Below are positions 39,580 to 53,700 of a DNA stretch of 64,000 bases, one piece after another. The stretch is from Chrysomallon squamiferum (lineage: Eukaryota; Animalia; Mollusca): positions 11,408,001 to 11,472,000 of the forward strand of contig CM022665.1 in NCBI GenBank assembly GCA_012295275.1. The letters run 5' to 3'. The notes beneath the pieces were generated by a model. The model was not told the origin of the DNA and searched no databases. It was given only the letters and a program-made list of their open reading frames with translations. The translations under genes were made by a program, and so were the position numbers. The first letter of the stretch is position 1, and the number at the start of each line of letters is the position of its first letter.

Positions 39580-42500
39580 GGTGTGTATGCGTGTGTACGC
39601 TTGAACAGATATCTGATGGAAAGATGATAATTATTTACAAAAACTCGATATCACAACAACAACGACGATAACAAAATAATAATTCAAATAATAACAATAA
39701 TAATAGTATTTGTTTAAAATTATATTATTACATTACATTACATTACATTACATTACATTATATTATATTATATTATATTATATTATATTACATTACATTA
39801 CATTACGGTATACTATATTACATTACATTATAAAATACATGTATACAAAATGTAACAAAACCGGACTAAGAAGGTGTAAAACTTGTCTTGTCATTAACTA
39901 ATAATCTAATACAGTTAACACTATTTTGATCATACGACCAAATCTCGTGGACTAATTATCATGATTGACAACATCTTAATTACAAAAATTACCTTGCAAT
40001 ATATATATATATATATATATTATTATATGAAAACTACGCGTTTGAAATTGCGTATTAAGGTCAAGATTCGTATACATATGACTAACGGGCTATGAATTTA
40101 TTGCCTAAAAGTAAACATGCAAGTTCTGAAAATAGTCACTGTTTGACGTGGTAAACCCGCAGACAGTTATTACGTGCCTTGGTATCTTTTTGTATTTATT
40201 CGCTCTGTTCCAGTTTTCCGGGTGCTATGTCAAACACAAAGCTTTAGCTGTTAGTGAGAGGATTGTGAGCTAAACTGAGTGGGAAGGGAATATTATTTAA
40301 TTTATCTAATCGAGATATACACGTGGGCATATCTCGCATACGAACTGTATAAATGTATCTAATAATATGTACTCACATATACAGGTATCTCTTACAGGCA
40401 AGATACATTAAATTTATTCTAAGTTTTAAGGAAATTAAAAATAGAAGGCTTTATTTTTTTTTGTATTATTTATTTATTATTATTATTATTATAATATATA
40501 TTTTTTTAAATTATTTATTATTATTATAATTTTTTTTTTTTTTTTTTTTTTTTAAAGTTTAATTGATAATAATGAACTCATAATAACAATAAAAAAATAA
40601 AACGTAAGAAAGCCGTCAAAAAACAGACAGCTAATTTATTTAATTCGTTACTGTTTACTTTTCATGGAACATTAACAAAAAGTCGGCTAATTCGATGCTG
40701 ACTCTCGAGTAATCAGGGTGATCAGCGGCTTGTTGATGAGAACTACACACGCTACAACCAAATAAAAATTCCAAATGGCTATTCTAATGGGCATAGCCTG
40801 TGCTGTAGTGATCATGTAAAAATCTACTTTACATTTCTTTATGACGCGATAGAGCAGACCGTGAGAACAACAGTATTTTCCATTTGGGCTTTTTTTTTTT
40901 TTTTTTTTTTTTTTACAGACGGACAGAAAAGGGCTTCAGCTTGGTCTGCGAAAACATTCTCTGAATTAGATGAACAATGTGAAAATACGGAGGTCATTTA
41001 ACACATAAAAATATTCCACTTTAGAGATAACAGATCAGTAGAAAAAGCCTACCAGCTGTCGATCCAAATATAATTATACTGAAGTTTATTAACTAAATAT
41101 GAGGACATGTGCAAATAAATATGACTAAGCCGTAAGTAAAACTATGGACCATGAAAACATTCACTGTTCGTTAAACATGTTATATCCTTCCCATGACTCA
41201 CTTATTCACAGAGTGATCTGGTTTGCATATCTCAGTTATCTAAACTAATATGCTACAAAAAGTTTTGGGTTTTTGGTCATCCAGGTAGAAAAGTGAAAGA
41301 ACGCAAACTAGCCTACAATGGAATGATGTTGGCAACTAGTTAAAAATAAAATCAATGTATACAGACAGACAACTAATTCATTTGAGTGTTCAAAAAAGAA
41401 AACCATTTTGGTTCCTGTCTGTCATATAAAAATCTTTCAGAGCTTATCAAACCTTAATTCAGTTTACAAGAAAACTCGTTTGGGTTATATAACAACAACA
41501 ACAACAACAACAACAACATTAACGACTACGATAACCACAACAACAATAGTAATAAGAAGAATAACAACAATAGTGACAGTGATATCCACGCTGGATCAGT
41601 AAATGAGGCTACGCTACTATAGTCAACTGATAAATGTAACTCAGTATTAGGATCGATCCTCCTCAGCGCTGTACAGTGTTCTAATATTCTCAGTGAAATG
41701 AAAGGTACATATAAATGATCATTAAGAGTAACCATGCAGTGGAGACAGCATGATTCTTTTCTCGTTTCATCGGTGAACAAATAACGTACAGTCAGCATGC
41801 ATCAACTCGTAATATTAACACGTAAAACATTTATTGATCCAGACCTAAATATATTTCAAGAAGAATCCACATTAGTTATTATTGTTATTATTGTAGTTGT
41901 AGTTGTTGCTGTTGCTGTTGGTGATGCTGTTGCTGATGCTGCTGCTGCTGCCGTCGTCATCGTTGTTTCTGGAGGGTCAATGTCATTGCTACAGTTGATT
42001 TAATTGTCATCATTGATGTTATTGTTATTATTATTATTATTATCATATGCTAATAACGAATAATTATTATTAATATTCCTTGGTGTGTATTGACATTCAT
42101 ACCAACGAACCGGTAGATCACAAATCTACTGGTTATCTGCATTCCCATGGGATTAATCTTTCTTTTGGCATCTTTCCAATTCTACTAAGCTGCATGCCAG
42201 TACGCTGTGCTTTAACTTTAAATTAATTATGATCACGAAAATCATTCATGTAGCGTCAAGCTCCTTTAACTTTGCCTCTGCCAAAAAGCACACCACGCAA
42301 ACAGATTCAGCATGATATCAGATTAAGGGACCTGGTAGATTACCGCGTCAGTTAAGACGACATTTGTCATGACCCCATAAAAAAGAAACAGTAGCGAGTG
42401 TTTTATTTTTTGTAGATACAGCTAATGGTGTTAAGGAACAGATTATTGAAAAATGGGGTTCAGATAAGGTTTAAAGAGTTCGTTATATATATATGTCTTT

Positions 42501-43059
42501 CTAGGTAACAAGGGGGTAAAAAAAATGAAAGAAAAGAAAAGAAGAAGAAAAATGTATGCAGGCTACATCACTATTATCAATGTTTTTAAAGGGTGGGTTT
42601 TTATACCAAAATTGATGACACTGATTATGCGTTACATTGAATATTACGACAGTTTAAATACAGTTCATACAGCTGTCGTTGTTTTATATCTCCACTCGAA
42701 TGAGTCATAAAATCCATTCAAAATATTTTACCTGTCAGCTATTTTCCTTTATCACTAGCAATAACCACAGCTAAATTTGTTTACTGATGTAGTTAAATGA
42801 CATTAACTCAACTGTAGAATGAATAAAAAAATGAATGTTGGCTTAATAATGCCTAAATATATTTTTGAACTGATAACATTTATTTATTTATTTATTTATT
42901 TATTTTGTTTTGTTTATTAAAGTGTCATATTATACATTTGTTTCAATTTTATTCTTCTTTTTATTTATATATTTTATTATTTATTTATTTACTAATTTTT
43001 ATTTTTATTTATTTTTATTTTTATTACTGTTATTGTTGTTGTTGTTATTGTCTTCATTT

Positions 43060-43330
43060 TGATAGAATGATGAAGGTACATAGGGATATATGCGGATTTT
43101 TATATAAAAGGATGGCATGTACGAGGAAGCTTGCTACCGAAACGTCACACCCTACTTTTTTTTTTTTTTTTTTGCAGCAATTAGCTATTTCAATGCACCT
43201 TCCCTAAAACAGTACAAAACACACAAAGGCATTTGGTAATAAATCAATCGTGGTTTAACTTAAATTGCCTAAAGGGCGGACTGTGTGGAATCGATCCTTC
43301 GCTCTAGCGCTGAACTACAGTTCCTTCCCC
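43060..43330 (-). mobile_element. tRNA-derived SINE remnant with Pol III A/B boxes
   Basis: Minus strand begins GGGGAAGGAACTGTAGTTCAGCGCTAGAGCGAAGGATCGATTCC (A-box-like, then B-box-like), followed by the family core GGGAAGGTGCAT...TTGCTGC. Confidence 0.55.
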
Positions 43331-44868
43331 AATAGATTCTAAAGATTAAGGCTATAATTTTATTATTTATTATTACGTTAAAGGGTTTTTGTTTTCTCAC
43401 TTCATAAAGACTGGTTATATTCACTTACTTGTCATTTCCACCTCTGCTTAAATACAAAGGACTAAACTTACATCGTATCACGGTTAATCGGCAGTTAACT
43501 CGATTATTATGTAATAATCACAGCCAGAATGTTCTGGAACATTGTCAAAAACTGGTTTGTACCATTCCGTATGATCCTGCCTTAAAAACAACAAAAAACA
43601 ACAACAACAGCAGCAACATAGTCACTAGTTTAATTTCTCATCTTAAAAATATGTTATCTTGTATCTGAATATATGTTTTATTGTTGAAAATTGCAGTAAA
43701 AAGCAAACAGACATCTTTTCTATCATATACATATATACTTTACAAATGACGTTTACTATTAAAATATGGGGCGACAAAGAATATATTTCAAGGGACATTA
43801 CTCTGTTATATACATTTATATATTTTGAGTATTTGCATTAATTCCCTTGGTATGTAGAGTTTTTGCATGAATACACGTTAATAAAGTCCGTTTTGTTATT
43901 TACTTAGACTTACTTAAAGACTGTACATAGCGTCGTAAATTAGGCTGTATGAATAGACTAAATATGAAAATGAAATTGTTTTTGTTGTTGCTTTTGCTCT
44001 CGAGATTTGTTTAATGCTGTTTATGAGGATTACATCGACCTGCACTGCCGGTGATTCGAACTCCGCTACATTCGAATCGTGATTTACCACTTTTGTTTGA
44101 ACCAGTTTTTAAAAAATAATTTCTGGTATAAAAAAAAATGTATCTAACAGTAACTGCTGCATAATATGTAATATAAGTTCATATTTGTGTCACTCCAGCT
44201 TTATTATTTATTTAATATGCTTTCTATATGTTTTAAATATTCCGGTGTGATATATAAATTTGTATGTTTAATAAAATTATATATTTTAAATTTGCTAAAA
44301 AGTTTATCGCAAGTTTGACAGTCACAAATGTTATTAAATTTTGGTGATTATTTTCTTGGCGATAGAAATTTATTTATTTATTATATATATTAGTAGTAGC
44401 AGTAGTAGTAGTAGTCGATTTTTAAAATTATTAGTAGTAGTAGTATTTTTTACTGTTATTTTTATTTATTTATTTATTTTATACGGAAGAAATAAAATAA
44501 CATAAAAATTAAGCAATGCTAATTAATATACAAATTTTTTTTTTTTTTTTTTTTTACTCAACCACGCCCAGGGGCTGTAAAATCCAGAACAATGAAGTGA
44601 TTTAAATAAATAAATCCCAAACACTGAACCAGTATTTTACTTTCCCAGTGCATATACATTTCTTATATGTATTTTAACGCAAGTACATATGAGCACTTAA
44701 ATATTTTATGGTTACTGATTTCCCCGCACACCAATGACATTCCCTAAATCGAAAAGCTTCTTAACTGCTTGGCCTTATTTTTAACACACGTGCTTTTGTT
44801 TGGGAACTCTTCAATAAAGGAGAGGCGTTATTCGTTCGAGTAAAGCGCGGCAAGTGTTGTGACAACAA

Positions 44869-44904
44869 ATGGGGGAAATGTTGGTGAAGGTGATGCAGTT
44901 GTGA
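44869..44904 (+). other. Upstream ORF (MGEMLVKVMQL*) in the presumed WDCP 5' UTR
   Basis: Three in-frame ATGs (44869, 44878, 44893); TGA at 44902-44904, one base before the WDCP ATG at 44906. Confidence 0.55.
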
Positions 44905-44905
44905 A

Positions 44906-44960
44906 ATGGATTTAGGAACCACCACATTGAGAGGAAGTGGAACCAACTTGTTACAGAATG
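44906..44960 (+). CDS. WDCP: WDCP coding exon 1 (MDLGTTTLRGSGTNLLQN)
   Basis: ATG 44906; donor G|GTAACA; phase 1; resembles the recalled human N-terminus MELGKGKLLRTGLNALHQ. Confidence 0.85.
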
Positions 44961-45631
44961 GTAACATTTATATATATCTTACTTATTTATTGATTATCCT
45001 TTTAAAGGGGGGTTTGGAAACGGTTTTTCGTTGATTTATCTCATTCGACTCTGAGTCTGTAGTATTTCTCTTTTGATTCCGCCGCAAAACAGATTCGAGA
45101 ATGATCAACCATGTCACTGGTATCTCCTGCTGAAGCAGTGAAATAAAGTAATTCATTACAAAATTCGTCAGTTTTGTTGACAGATATTAGTTTTATGTCG
45201 TTAAAACATTACTTAGTACATTTTACAAGTTAAGTTTCATGGTCATATATTTATAATATAATATAATATTCATATTAAGATATATTGTTTATACTTTCAC
45301 TTTGAATACAAAACATTAAAAACAAAAATATTGTACTATCAGTATTACAACTTATGTAAAACAATACCAAACATAGTTATAGTTAACAGTAATATTAGAC
45401 TGAGATTATGTGTATTTGATTCCAAAATAGACATATTTTAACCAAGTTTGATGTGACACAGACATTTTATTTCTCCAGCCAGTTTGCATAGTGCTCCAGT
45501 GTAAATAGCAGTATGTTTGTAAATCAAATAATGTCAGAATACAATTTTCTGATTTTTAAATTTAATTATCAGTCATGTTACATGATCATCACGATGATGT
45601 AAATCACAGTGACAATGGAACAGCTTAAATA

Positions 45632-45664
<33 letters not shown>

Positions 45665-46934
45665 ATTATTATTTTATTAACATTGTTTACGTTGTTTTTT
45701 TTTTTTTTTTTTTTGTATGAAATCTTAAGCTAGTGGATTTATGTATTTATGAAACATACATAGTATATGGTAAAAATAAGCAGACTTTCATTTGTAGCAA
45801 ACATTTATTTTAATTCTTGACAGAATAGTAAACCAAAATAATTTATTATACACTTAATTTTAAATAATATTAATAAAAATAATAATAATAAAAAAGATTT
45901 AAGGAAATCATTGAGAGTGAAAAAAACCTAAATAACAATATTGTCTTGCTTCCTTTTTCATTTTAAATATTGCAAAAATGATACATTCACTGATTCAGTG
46001 ATTCACATTATAAATTCTCATGCTTCTTTATTATTATTACTTTCCCACAACAATTTTTCTGTTGACAAAATGATAAAAGAAACCAGGATGACAAATACAC
46101 CTGGTATGTCATCATAACCAGGCATGCTTCATTAAACTGAGTTTACACAGTAAAATACTTGCCTGGGTCACTAGTTATGGGTCTGAACTGTAAGAGATAG
46201 TTCAGCTATTTTCAGTTAATGTGGCAGATTTGTCACTGCACTTACCAGAGTTTTTATCTTTCCACTTCAGCAAGCATCTCTTCGTAGCAGTCTCATTAAA
46301 ACAAGTAGCATGGCAAATACAGAACAGTAATGTTAACAGTACTGGGGTGGATTCATGTGAATTTGTTTACCTGTATTTAATAATTTTTCCCAGGTGAATT
46401 ATTCACAGTATGCTGGCTTGTATTAAAAATTAAATGTCTGTTCTTGTTAATTACAGTTATTATTTTTCTGCAGTCTAGTATTAAAAATAAAAGTCTACTC
46501 TTGTTAATTACATTTATTATTTTTCTAACAGTGTAGTATTAAAATAAACATGTACTTTTATTAATTGTATTTGTTATATTTGTTGTCACTAATACTATTA
46601 CAAATTCTACTCTAAATAATTATAGTTACTGTTTTTGTTACAGTGTAATAAAGAAAAAAATCTTTTTTATTCCCACTTATTTATAGATTTTATTGGACAA
46701 AGTAACTAATTTTTCCAAGAAAGGAATCTTTTTGGAAAAATCATCAGGTCTTGAGCAATAGGTATATTTAGATACGAAATCTTTTTCAGGACTTAAAATT
46801 AAATTGTGCAATAAATAAAAATATTCTATTTTATTTTTGGAAATAAAATTGCATCTGTTTGTCAATCTATCTACATCTACATCTACATCTACATCTACAT
46901 CTACATCTACATCTACATCTACATCTACATATAC

Positions 46935-46990
<56 letters not shown>

Positions 46991-47717
46991 CCCAAAATGA
47001 AGTATAATTTGGTGTATTTATAAAAATATGAAATAAATATGATAAGCAGAAATACTTATTCCCACATGGCCAAAAGAAATTTTACCATAAAATCAGAGTT
47101 GGTCAAAGTAATACATGGATCAAAAATCAAATGTTCAACTTTATTGACAACATTCTGACATCTGCTGCTGTGAGTATCCTTTACTGCATATACACTTTTT
47201 GTATTTGGCTACGTGTTTTGCAGTGGTAACTTTTCTTTTGGCCATGGGTATATTACTGTATATGTATTAAAAAAGGATGCTTTTGTTGCTGAACAGTTTA
47301 CAGATTGTAATCTGATACTGTGTTACACTGTGTGTGTTCATACAAACTAAGTGAAGCATATATTTAATTAATCAACAGCTTGTTTGCTCTGAATCATATA
47401 AACATGAATATTTTACATATAATATACATATACATATATATATATATATTAAAAGGAATACTCAGACTAAATACGAGCAAAATAACAAAAAAGTGCAATT
47501 TTAAAATTTATAAAAAATCTACATGATTTTTTTTTTAATGTAGATATACATGTTTTGGCTAGTTCCACCCTATGAAACCAGTCTTTAGTGACATAACAGA
47601 TATTTTCACCTTATATCTATAATAAAATAATAATTTTTAAATTAAAGCAAATAAAAACACTTCAGTACCACAAAATAATAATAATGATAAACATACATAC
47701 TAACATTCACGAAAGAA

Positions 47718-47757
<40 letters not shown>

Positions 47758-50700
47758 AAAATTATTATTATATATATATATGTAATTCTAATAGCCATAA
47801 AACTAGTATACTTCTTCAGCATTCAGTATTCATTATGACCAACAACTAAACAATTGTGCATCATCTAATTAAAATTTCTAGTAATTCAACCATTATTTTA
47901 TTGCATGGAAGAATGAAGGCTGCATGCAGAATTCATAAAATTCAACCACTTTTTTACCATTTTATTAATTAAATATACCATTGTATGTCCTTATAATCAG
48001 CAGTAATGCATATTTAATGTTGTTCAATGATCAGCTTTTCATTTGCACCTGAACATTACTTTAATTTTCTGAGCAGACTCTTGTTTGATTTTCCAAATTC
48101 AGCTAAGTGAAATACAAAAACCTTTTAAAAGACAAACCAAAACTCTGTTGCAGTGACAACCTGTTGTTTTATCTCAAGTAAAAATGACAGACTGGTCGAT
48201 GTTAACACAAAAATATTTTGGGAATTCTTTAAGAAATTCTTGTCGGATGTCAGGTCTTTACAAAGCTGGCAGTGGTGACCATATGTTGACAAGGTGTTAG
48301 GACAAAGAAACTCTTGGGACAATATATTACCTGAATACTGTTTTTATTTTTATTTTATAGGCATTAACCTGTTTTGTGTTCAGAAAACATAATATTTTGC
48401 AGGTTGACAAATATTTGTCTAGAAGTGTGTTTTTATAATAAACACATTAATCTTTGAAGTATGTATGTGTGTAAACATAAATTATTATTTTATTGTATTG
48501 CTTGACAAATTCAGATTTGTACTCCACAAATTGGACTAACTGAGTTTTTTTTTTTTGTGGGTTTTATTTATTATTATACAGTAATAAATAATAAAAATAA
48601 TTTTTCCATTTAATATATTTGATAGAGGGTAAATATTTCAAGTTTGTTTAAGTATGTATACATACACTATATTAGTTATTGATCTGTGCAGCTCATTAAA
48701 AATCAACATATTTTAGCATGTATGATTATTAAAAATAAATATTCAATTCGGTTTGTATATATTACAAGCTTTATTAAGTGTTTCCTTTCCAAATGATACT
48801 AGACACGCAAATTTATTTAACCATCATGGATAATGGATTGTTTGCTCAATATACTGTTGCATTGCAGAACTGACTAATGTACATCAATGTCACTGGTATG
48901 TGCTTCCCTTTCTCTAGTAATTAATTAAAACTGTCATTGATGTGGCAGCAGCAGATTTGATGCCTGATACCATCATTATGGAATGATAGGAACCATCATA
49001 AAAATAACAAAATGTTCTGATGTGAATAAATATGCCTATTTAAATTTTTTATTTAATATTTAATTTGTTTTTGTCATTATTATTATTATTATTATTTATT
49101 ATTATTATGTCATGAACACATTTGATGAATGATTATATTTAGCTACAAAATTAATATTGGTAATAAAAGTCTTCCAGTTACGTAACAAAATGCTCTTTAT
49201 GATTCTAAATGAATTAGCTTTTAAATTTCGAGTGAAAGAAATGTGACTGGCTGTGTGCTTCTGCATCTAATGCATTGTCCAGTTTAAACAGGTTTTCTGT
49301 ATCATGTAATGGTTGATTTTTATCCCAGCATTTCTGTCTGATACTCTTGTTATAAGCAGCTTTCCATTTATTGTGGTCATTATGGTTCTACTTGATTGCT
49401 GACTTCTTCTTTGAATGTTCTTATTGATTTTAGCTTAGTTGGATACCAAACATGAAATGTTTGGAAGCTTACGATGGTGACCGTTACTAAGATTGTAAAT
49501 GTAGGGTAAATATGTACTAGCAATTGGAATTCAAAAATAAAAAAATAGAGAAACAATTAACAAAATGGTTGTATTTAATTTAATTTAAATTCTGAAACTG
49601 AAATAAATCTGTTTCAGAAATACTCAACATACTGACATAAATTGTACACTACAGTCACAATCTGAAAAAAACTAAATTTGTTTTTACATGTTATCTAATT
49701 TTTTCTGCAGTATAAAATTATATAATTTATATAGTATTTCACAGAAATTTCTGTCTGTCTCTGTGTGTGTGTGTGTACATCTTTTTTAATTTCATAGTTT
49801 ACACTTGTTGAATATTTCTCTGAATTGGATTGCAGTGAACAAATTTCTATTATTTGTCAAAAGATGTTTATGCTACTGTAACTTCAAATGTAAATTCAGA
49901 CATATCTGATACTGAACTGCAGACCTGGAACCTGCTATGCTTAAGACCAGTGCATAACCACAGAGCCACCAGCTAAGACTTCAGCCAGAGGGAAAATACA
50001 TAAACATTTATTACTGACATTGACTGATACATTTAAAATATATTTAAATAATGTGAAAACTAATTTCTGAAAGTAACCATAAAGACAGATACAATCAAAT
50101 CTTCTGAAATAAATAAATTTGTGTTAAAAAGCAATAGTTGCCACACACATATGTCATCTTTTATAATAAATGTATCATCTACCTTTTCTCTCTCATACAC
50201 ACAAACGTACACATTCACTTACTCTTATTTTCTTTTTTTTTTCTCTCTCTCTCTCTCTCTAATAGTTAAATGTTTGTTGTTTATGTATAAATTATGTATT
50301 TGCAGCCATCCATTCTCGACATGGGTTAGTGTGGACTGATGGAAAATCAATCTATCTGGCACCAGTAAGATTATACAGTGATAAACTTGAACATGCAAAA
50401 TCAAGCAAACTTGGAGAGTTTGAGTAAGTACATGTACTTTACAATTTACATCTGTGTGTATGTGATACAAATGTATGTGTGTGTGTGTGTGTGTGTGTGT
50501 TGAAGCAGTTTGAGACCACTGTTCTGTGACAGTAATAATAATTTAAAAATATGTTTCTATTTTTTTGTATGTTTTAATTTTTTTAAATTTTTAATCTTAG
50601 TACCACTCAAAAAAAACCCCAAAAACAAAAACATTCCTGCACTGGACTATAATAAAATAACAGGTTTATTTATTTCACTTTTATAGTATTATACACTTGT

Positions 50701-53700
50701 GTATTTAAGTTCTGTTTCATTCATTCCAGTAATTTGTAATATGTTTTTGTTTTTATTTTGAGAGCAGGGTTGTTTATTTTTTTTTTTTATTTTTTTATTT
50801 CATCTCTTTATTTATTTATTTTATTTTTTATTATTATTATTTTCTTTTCTTTTTTATTTATTTATTTGGTTATTTTTTTTTATTTTTTTTTTTTTTTGCT
50901 GGAAAAATAAATCATGGTAATAAGTAAATATGTATTAAAAACTATTTAAATATAAGGTATAGTTCTGACACGTTACTTCAAAATACAGTTTATTCTCTTT
51001 AAATTCAAATTAATTAAAAAGATATTTTTCAGTTTCAAGGTACAAATACTAAACCCTACATTAATGTGTACACAACAGTATTCAAAAACACTAAACAGTA
51101 ATTATTATATTCTTTAAAATCCACATTAACATGGTATTTATATTACATTTTCTGTATTGTCACCCATCACTGTCATTATTATGACAAGTGGCCATTCAAT
51201 ATTTGTCAGTCACTCACAGCCTCATAATAAATACACTGTCATTTCCTTGGAGATAAAACTGATGGGTTGCTACATTTACATGTATGCAGATGCCAAAAAA
51301 AACACAAAATATTTAATTTCTGTTTCTTTGTGTACCGTGCTTAGCTGGGTTTCAGTATAAAGGTGTTTTCTGTCTCAGTCTGTTATAGATAATTACTTTG
51401 CATTTCTGAATATGAAATGAGATGATAAAAAGGATAAATGTATCTTCATAAATTTGTTGTACAAAGATTTATGTTTATTAAATTTATTACTCTCTCTCTC
51501 TCTTTCTCTCTCATTTTGTTTATTTTATTTTTTCAGTACAAGAAAATTTATTCTTCAAAGTCTGATGTACAGTGTTAAACAGTTTTCAGATAATAACTTT
51601 TAATAAATACTACCGCTATCGATTTACAGAAATTCTGTTTGTGTTGTGATTCAGTAACCTGTTAGTCATTTGCTTTGAGAATCACTGATGCAAAGGATAA
51701 TTCTAAAAGCAAGCAAAAATTGACCTGTTTTAATTTTATTTAATAACAAGCAAAACTCTTTTATGTATTTTTTCTTCTATTTTTATATCTTTTCCTTTCT
51801 TTCTTTCTTTATTTTTATCTTTTTATTTTTTTTATTTTTTTATTTTTTGAATAAATGTTTCTTTAGGAAAGTCATGGGATTTTTTATATAGCTTTTTGTT
51901 TTTGTTTTCCCTTATGGTGAATTCATGGGCTCATACTTCTACATATTTGATGAACTCCAAGGTTAATTACATATTGAATAATGAACCATTCTTTATTTCA
52001 CCATCTGTAAACATTTTTAGCCCTCAGGCAAAAGAAAAAAACAAAAACAAATTCATTTGGTTTGCCCAGAGTCAGTGATGAATCTAAATGTAGGTCAGTG
52101 GAAGAGTTTAGTTTTTTAAATTAGTTATTGTAGCTTTTTGTCATTTTAAAATTACATTATATGTGATACATGCTGCACAAGGTTTTAGAAAAAAAATTGT
52201 ATTATTATTTTTATTATTATTATTTATTTATTTATTAATTAATTTATTTATTTTATTTATATTATTTTATTTTATTTTATTTTTGTTTTATTTTATTTAT
52301 ATTACAGATTTTCTTGTTTTCATGTGCATATTTCTATCCAGCTGTCTTTTCCTTGTCAGTGTAATAGATGCTGTTAAAAATGCATTACAAATTCTTGTGA
52401 AATTTTTTTTTTCATATGGCCGTTATTGTAATTCATGTGTACAAACTGTTGCATTAATACTCATAAAACATACATTATTTTCAAGTTAAAACACTTTTTA
52501 CATATTAGGATACATTAATTATTTTTAAAAGTAAAATGAAAGGAAACATCGACACTCCTCAGAAATATGTATTATTTTCACAGTGGGGAATTTATTTATA
52601 ACATCCATAAAACTGTGTGGGTTGTACTTCAGCAATTTATATGCACAGCCTAAGATGTGAAAGGTCAAACGAACAATTCCCAGTGCACCTGCTCAACTAT
52701 CTCCTGTTTCTGGGAAGGTTTACATAAAAGATACCTTATTGCTGGTTGGAAAAGATCAGCAGTAATATCTAATAGATGATAATGTTCTAGCAACTGCCAG
52801 ACATCTCACAGCCTGTACAGCCAAAAAACAAAATATTTTGTTGTTGTTGTTGCCTCAGAGTTCAGCATTTTATTATCTTACTGTCACAGTTATTTTTAGG
52901 CAATTTTTTGAAGAGGCACTCTCATTTATGATATCTGGTTCCTTCTCTCAGGACAGTTATTCTTCAACCATGTGTATGACACCAAACAGCCTAAAAAGTT
53001 ACATTAATAATGTCCTGAGCACATTTTTACACACAATTTTTTCTTTCTACCCATAAAGCAAGAAATATAAATAAAATGTTTTTAAAACCTTGACATTTTT
53101 TAATGCCTAAGATTGATCTGCGGAACATACGCAATAACCACTGAGTTTCCAAATTGAAAGCTAAACAAATTTATCACAGTGTATAGTGTTAAAGAGGTTT
53201 GTATTATGTTGTTTTGGTGGGTGCAGAGACATGCTCCTTTATTTAGCATTCCATCTGCATTAGTGAAGATAAAGTATCGGTTTTTATGTCAACAGCTTTT
53301 TCGTTGTTACAGGCAGTGTAAAATACACTTTAGTTAATGTCAGTGATACTGGATTATATTACACAGGTGTAGCTTAGGAAGATTGTTTTTAAAAGTTTAT
53401 CATAAAATACTAATTATTTGATAAGGATAGAAAACTTCATTCATTTATTATATTTTTCATTTTTTTTATTTTTTTTATTATTATTATTATTTTATATTTT
53501 GTATTGTTGTTTTCTAAAACACTTAATTATTTTTTTTTTTTTTAAATTTGTTCCAAAACGTTCATGGATGCTACTATTTTACTGTACTTAAGTTATCACA
53601 CACATGGTAAATCAACATGCTCTAAAAAAAAAAAATTTTTTATATAGTATCAGAGAAGAAAAACCATCAGAAAAACTCGCTATTTATACAGTGACATAAT

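Larger units (their letters stand above)
44700..45170 (+). promoter_or_regulatory. CpG-retaining promoter/first-exon region of WDCP
   Basis: Local CpG cluster around exon 1, E-box CACGTG at 44787-44792; CpGs become scarce just downstream. Confidence 0.55.

Noticed and set aside
40918-40993. Possible isolated exon after a poly-T/ACAG acceptor
   Set aside because: Weak donor, no partner exons, and no recognisable peptide.
44047-44078. tRNA gene or hairpin (GATTCGAA...TTCGAATC; minus-strand GTTCGAATC B-box)
   Set aside because: Only a T-arm-like fragment; no cloverleaf can be built. At most a SINE remnant. The same applies to the tRNA-like heads near 43330 and 49920-49975.
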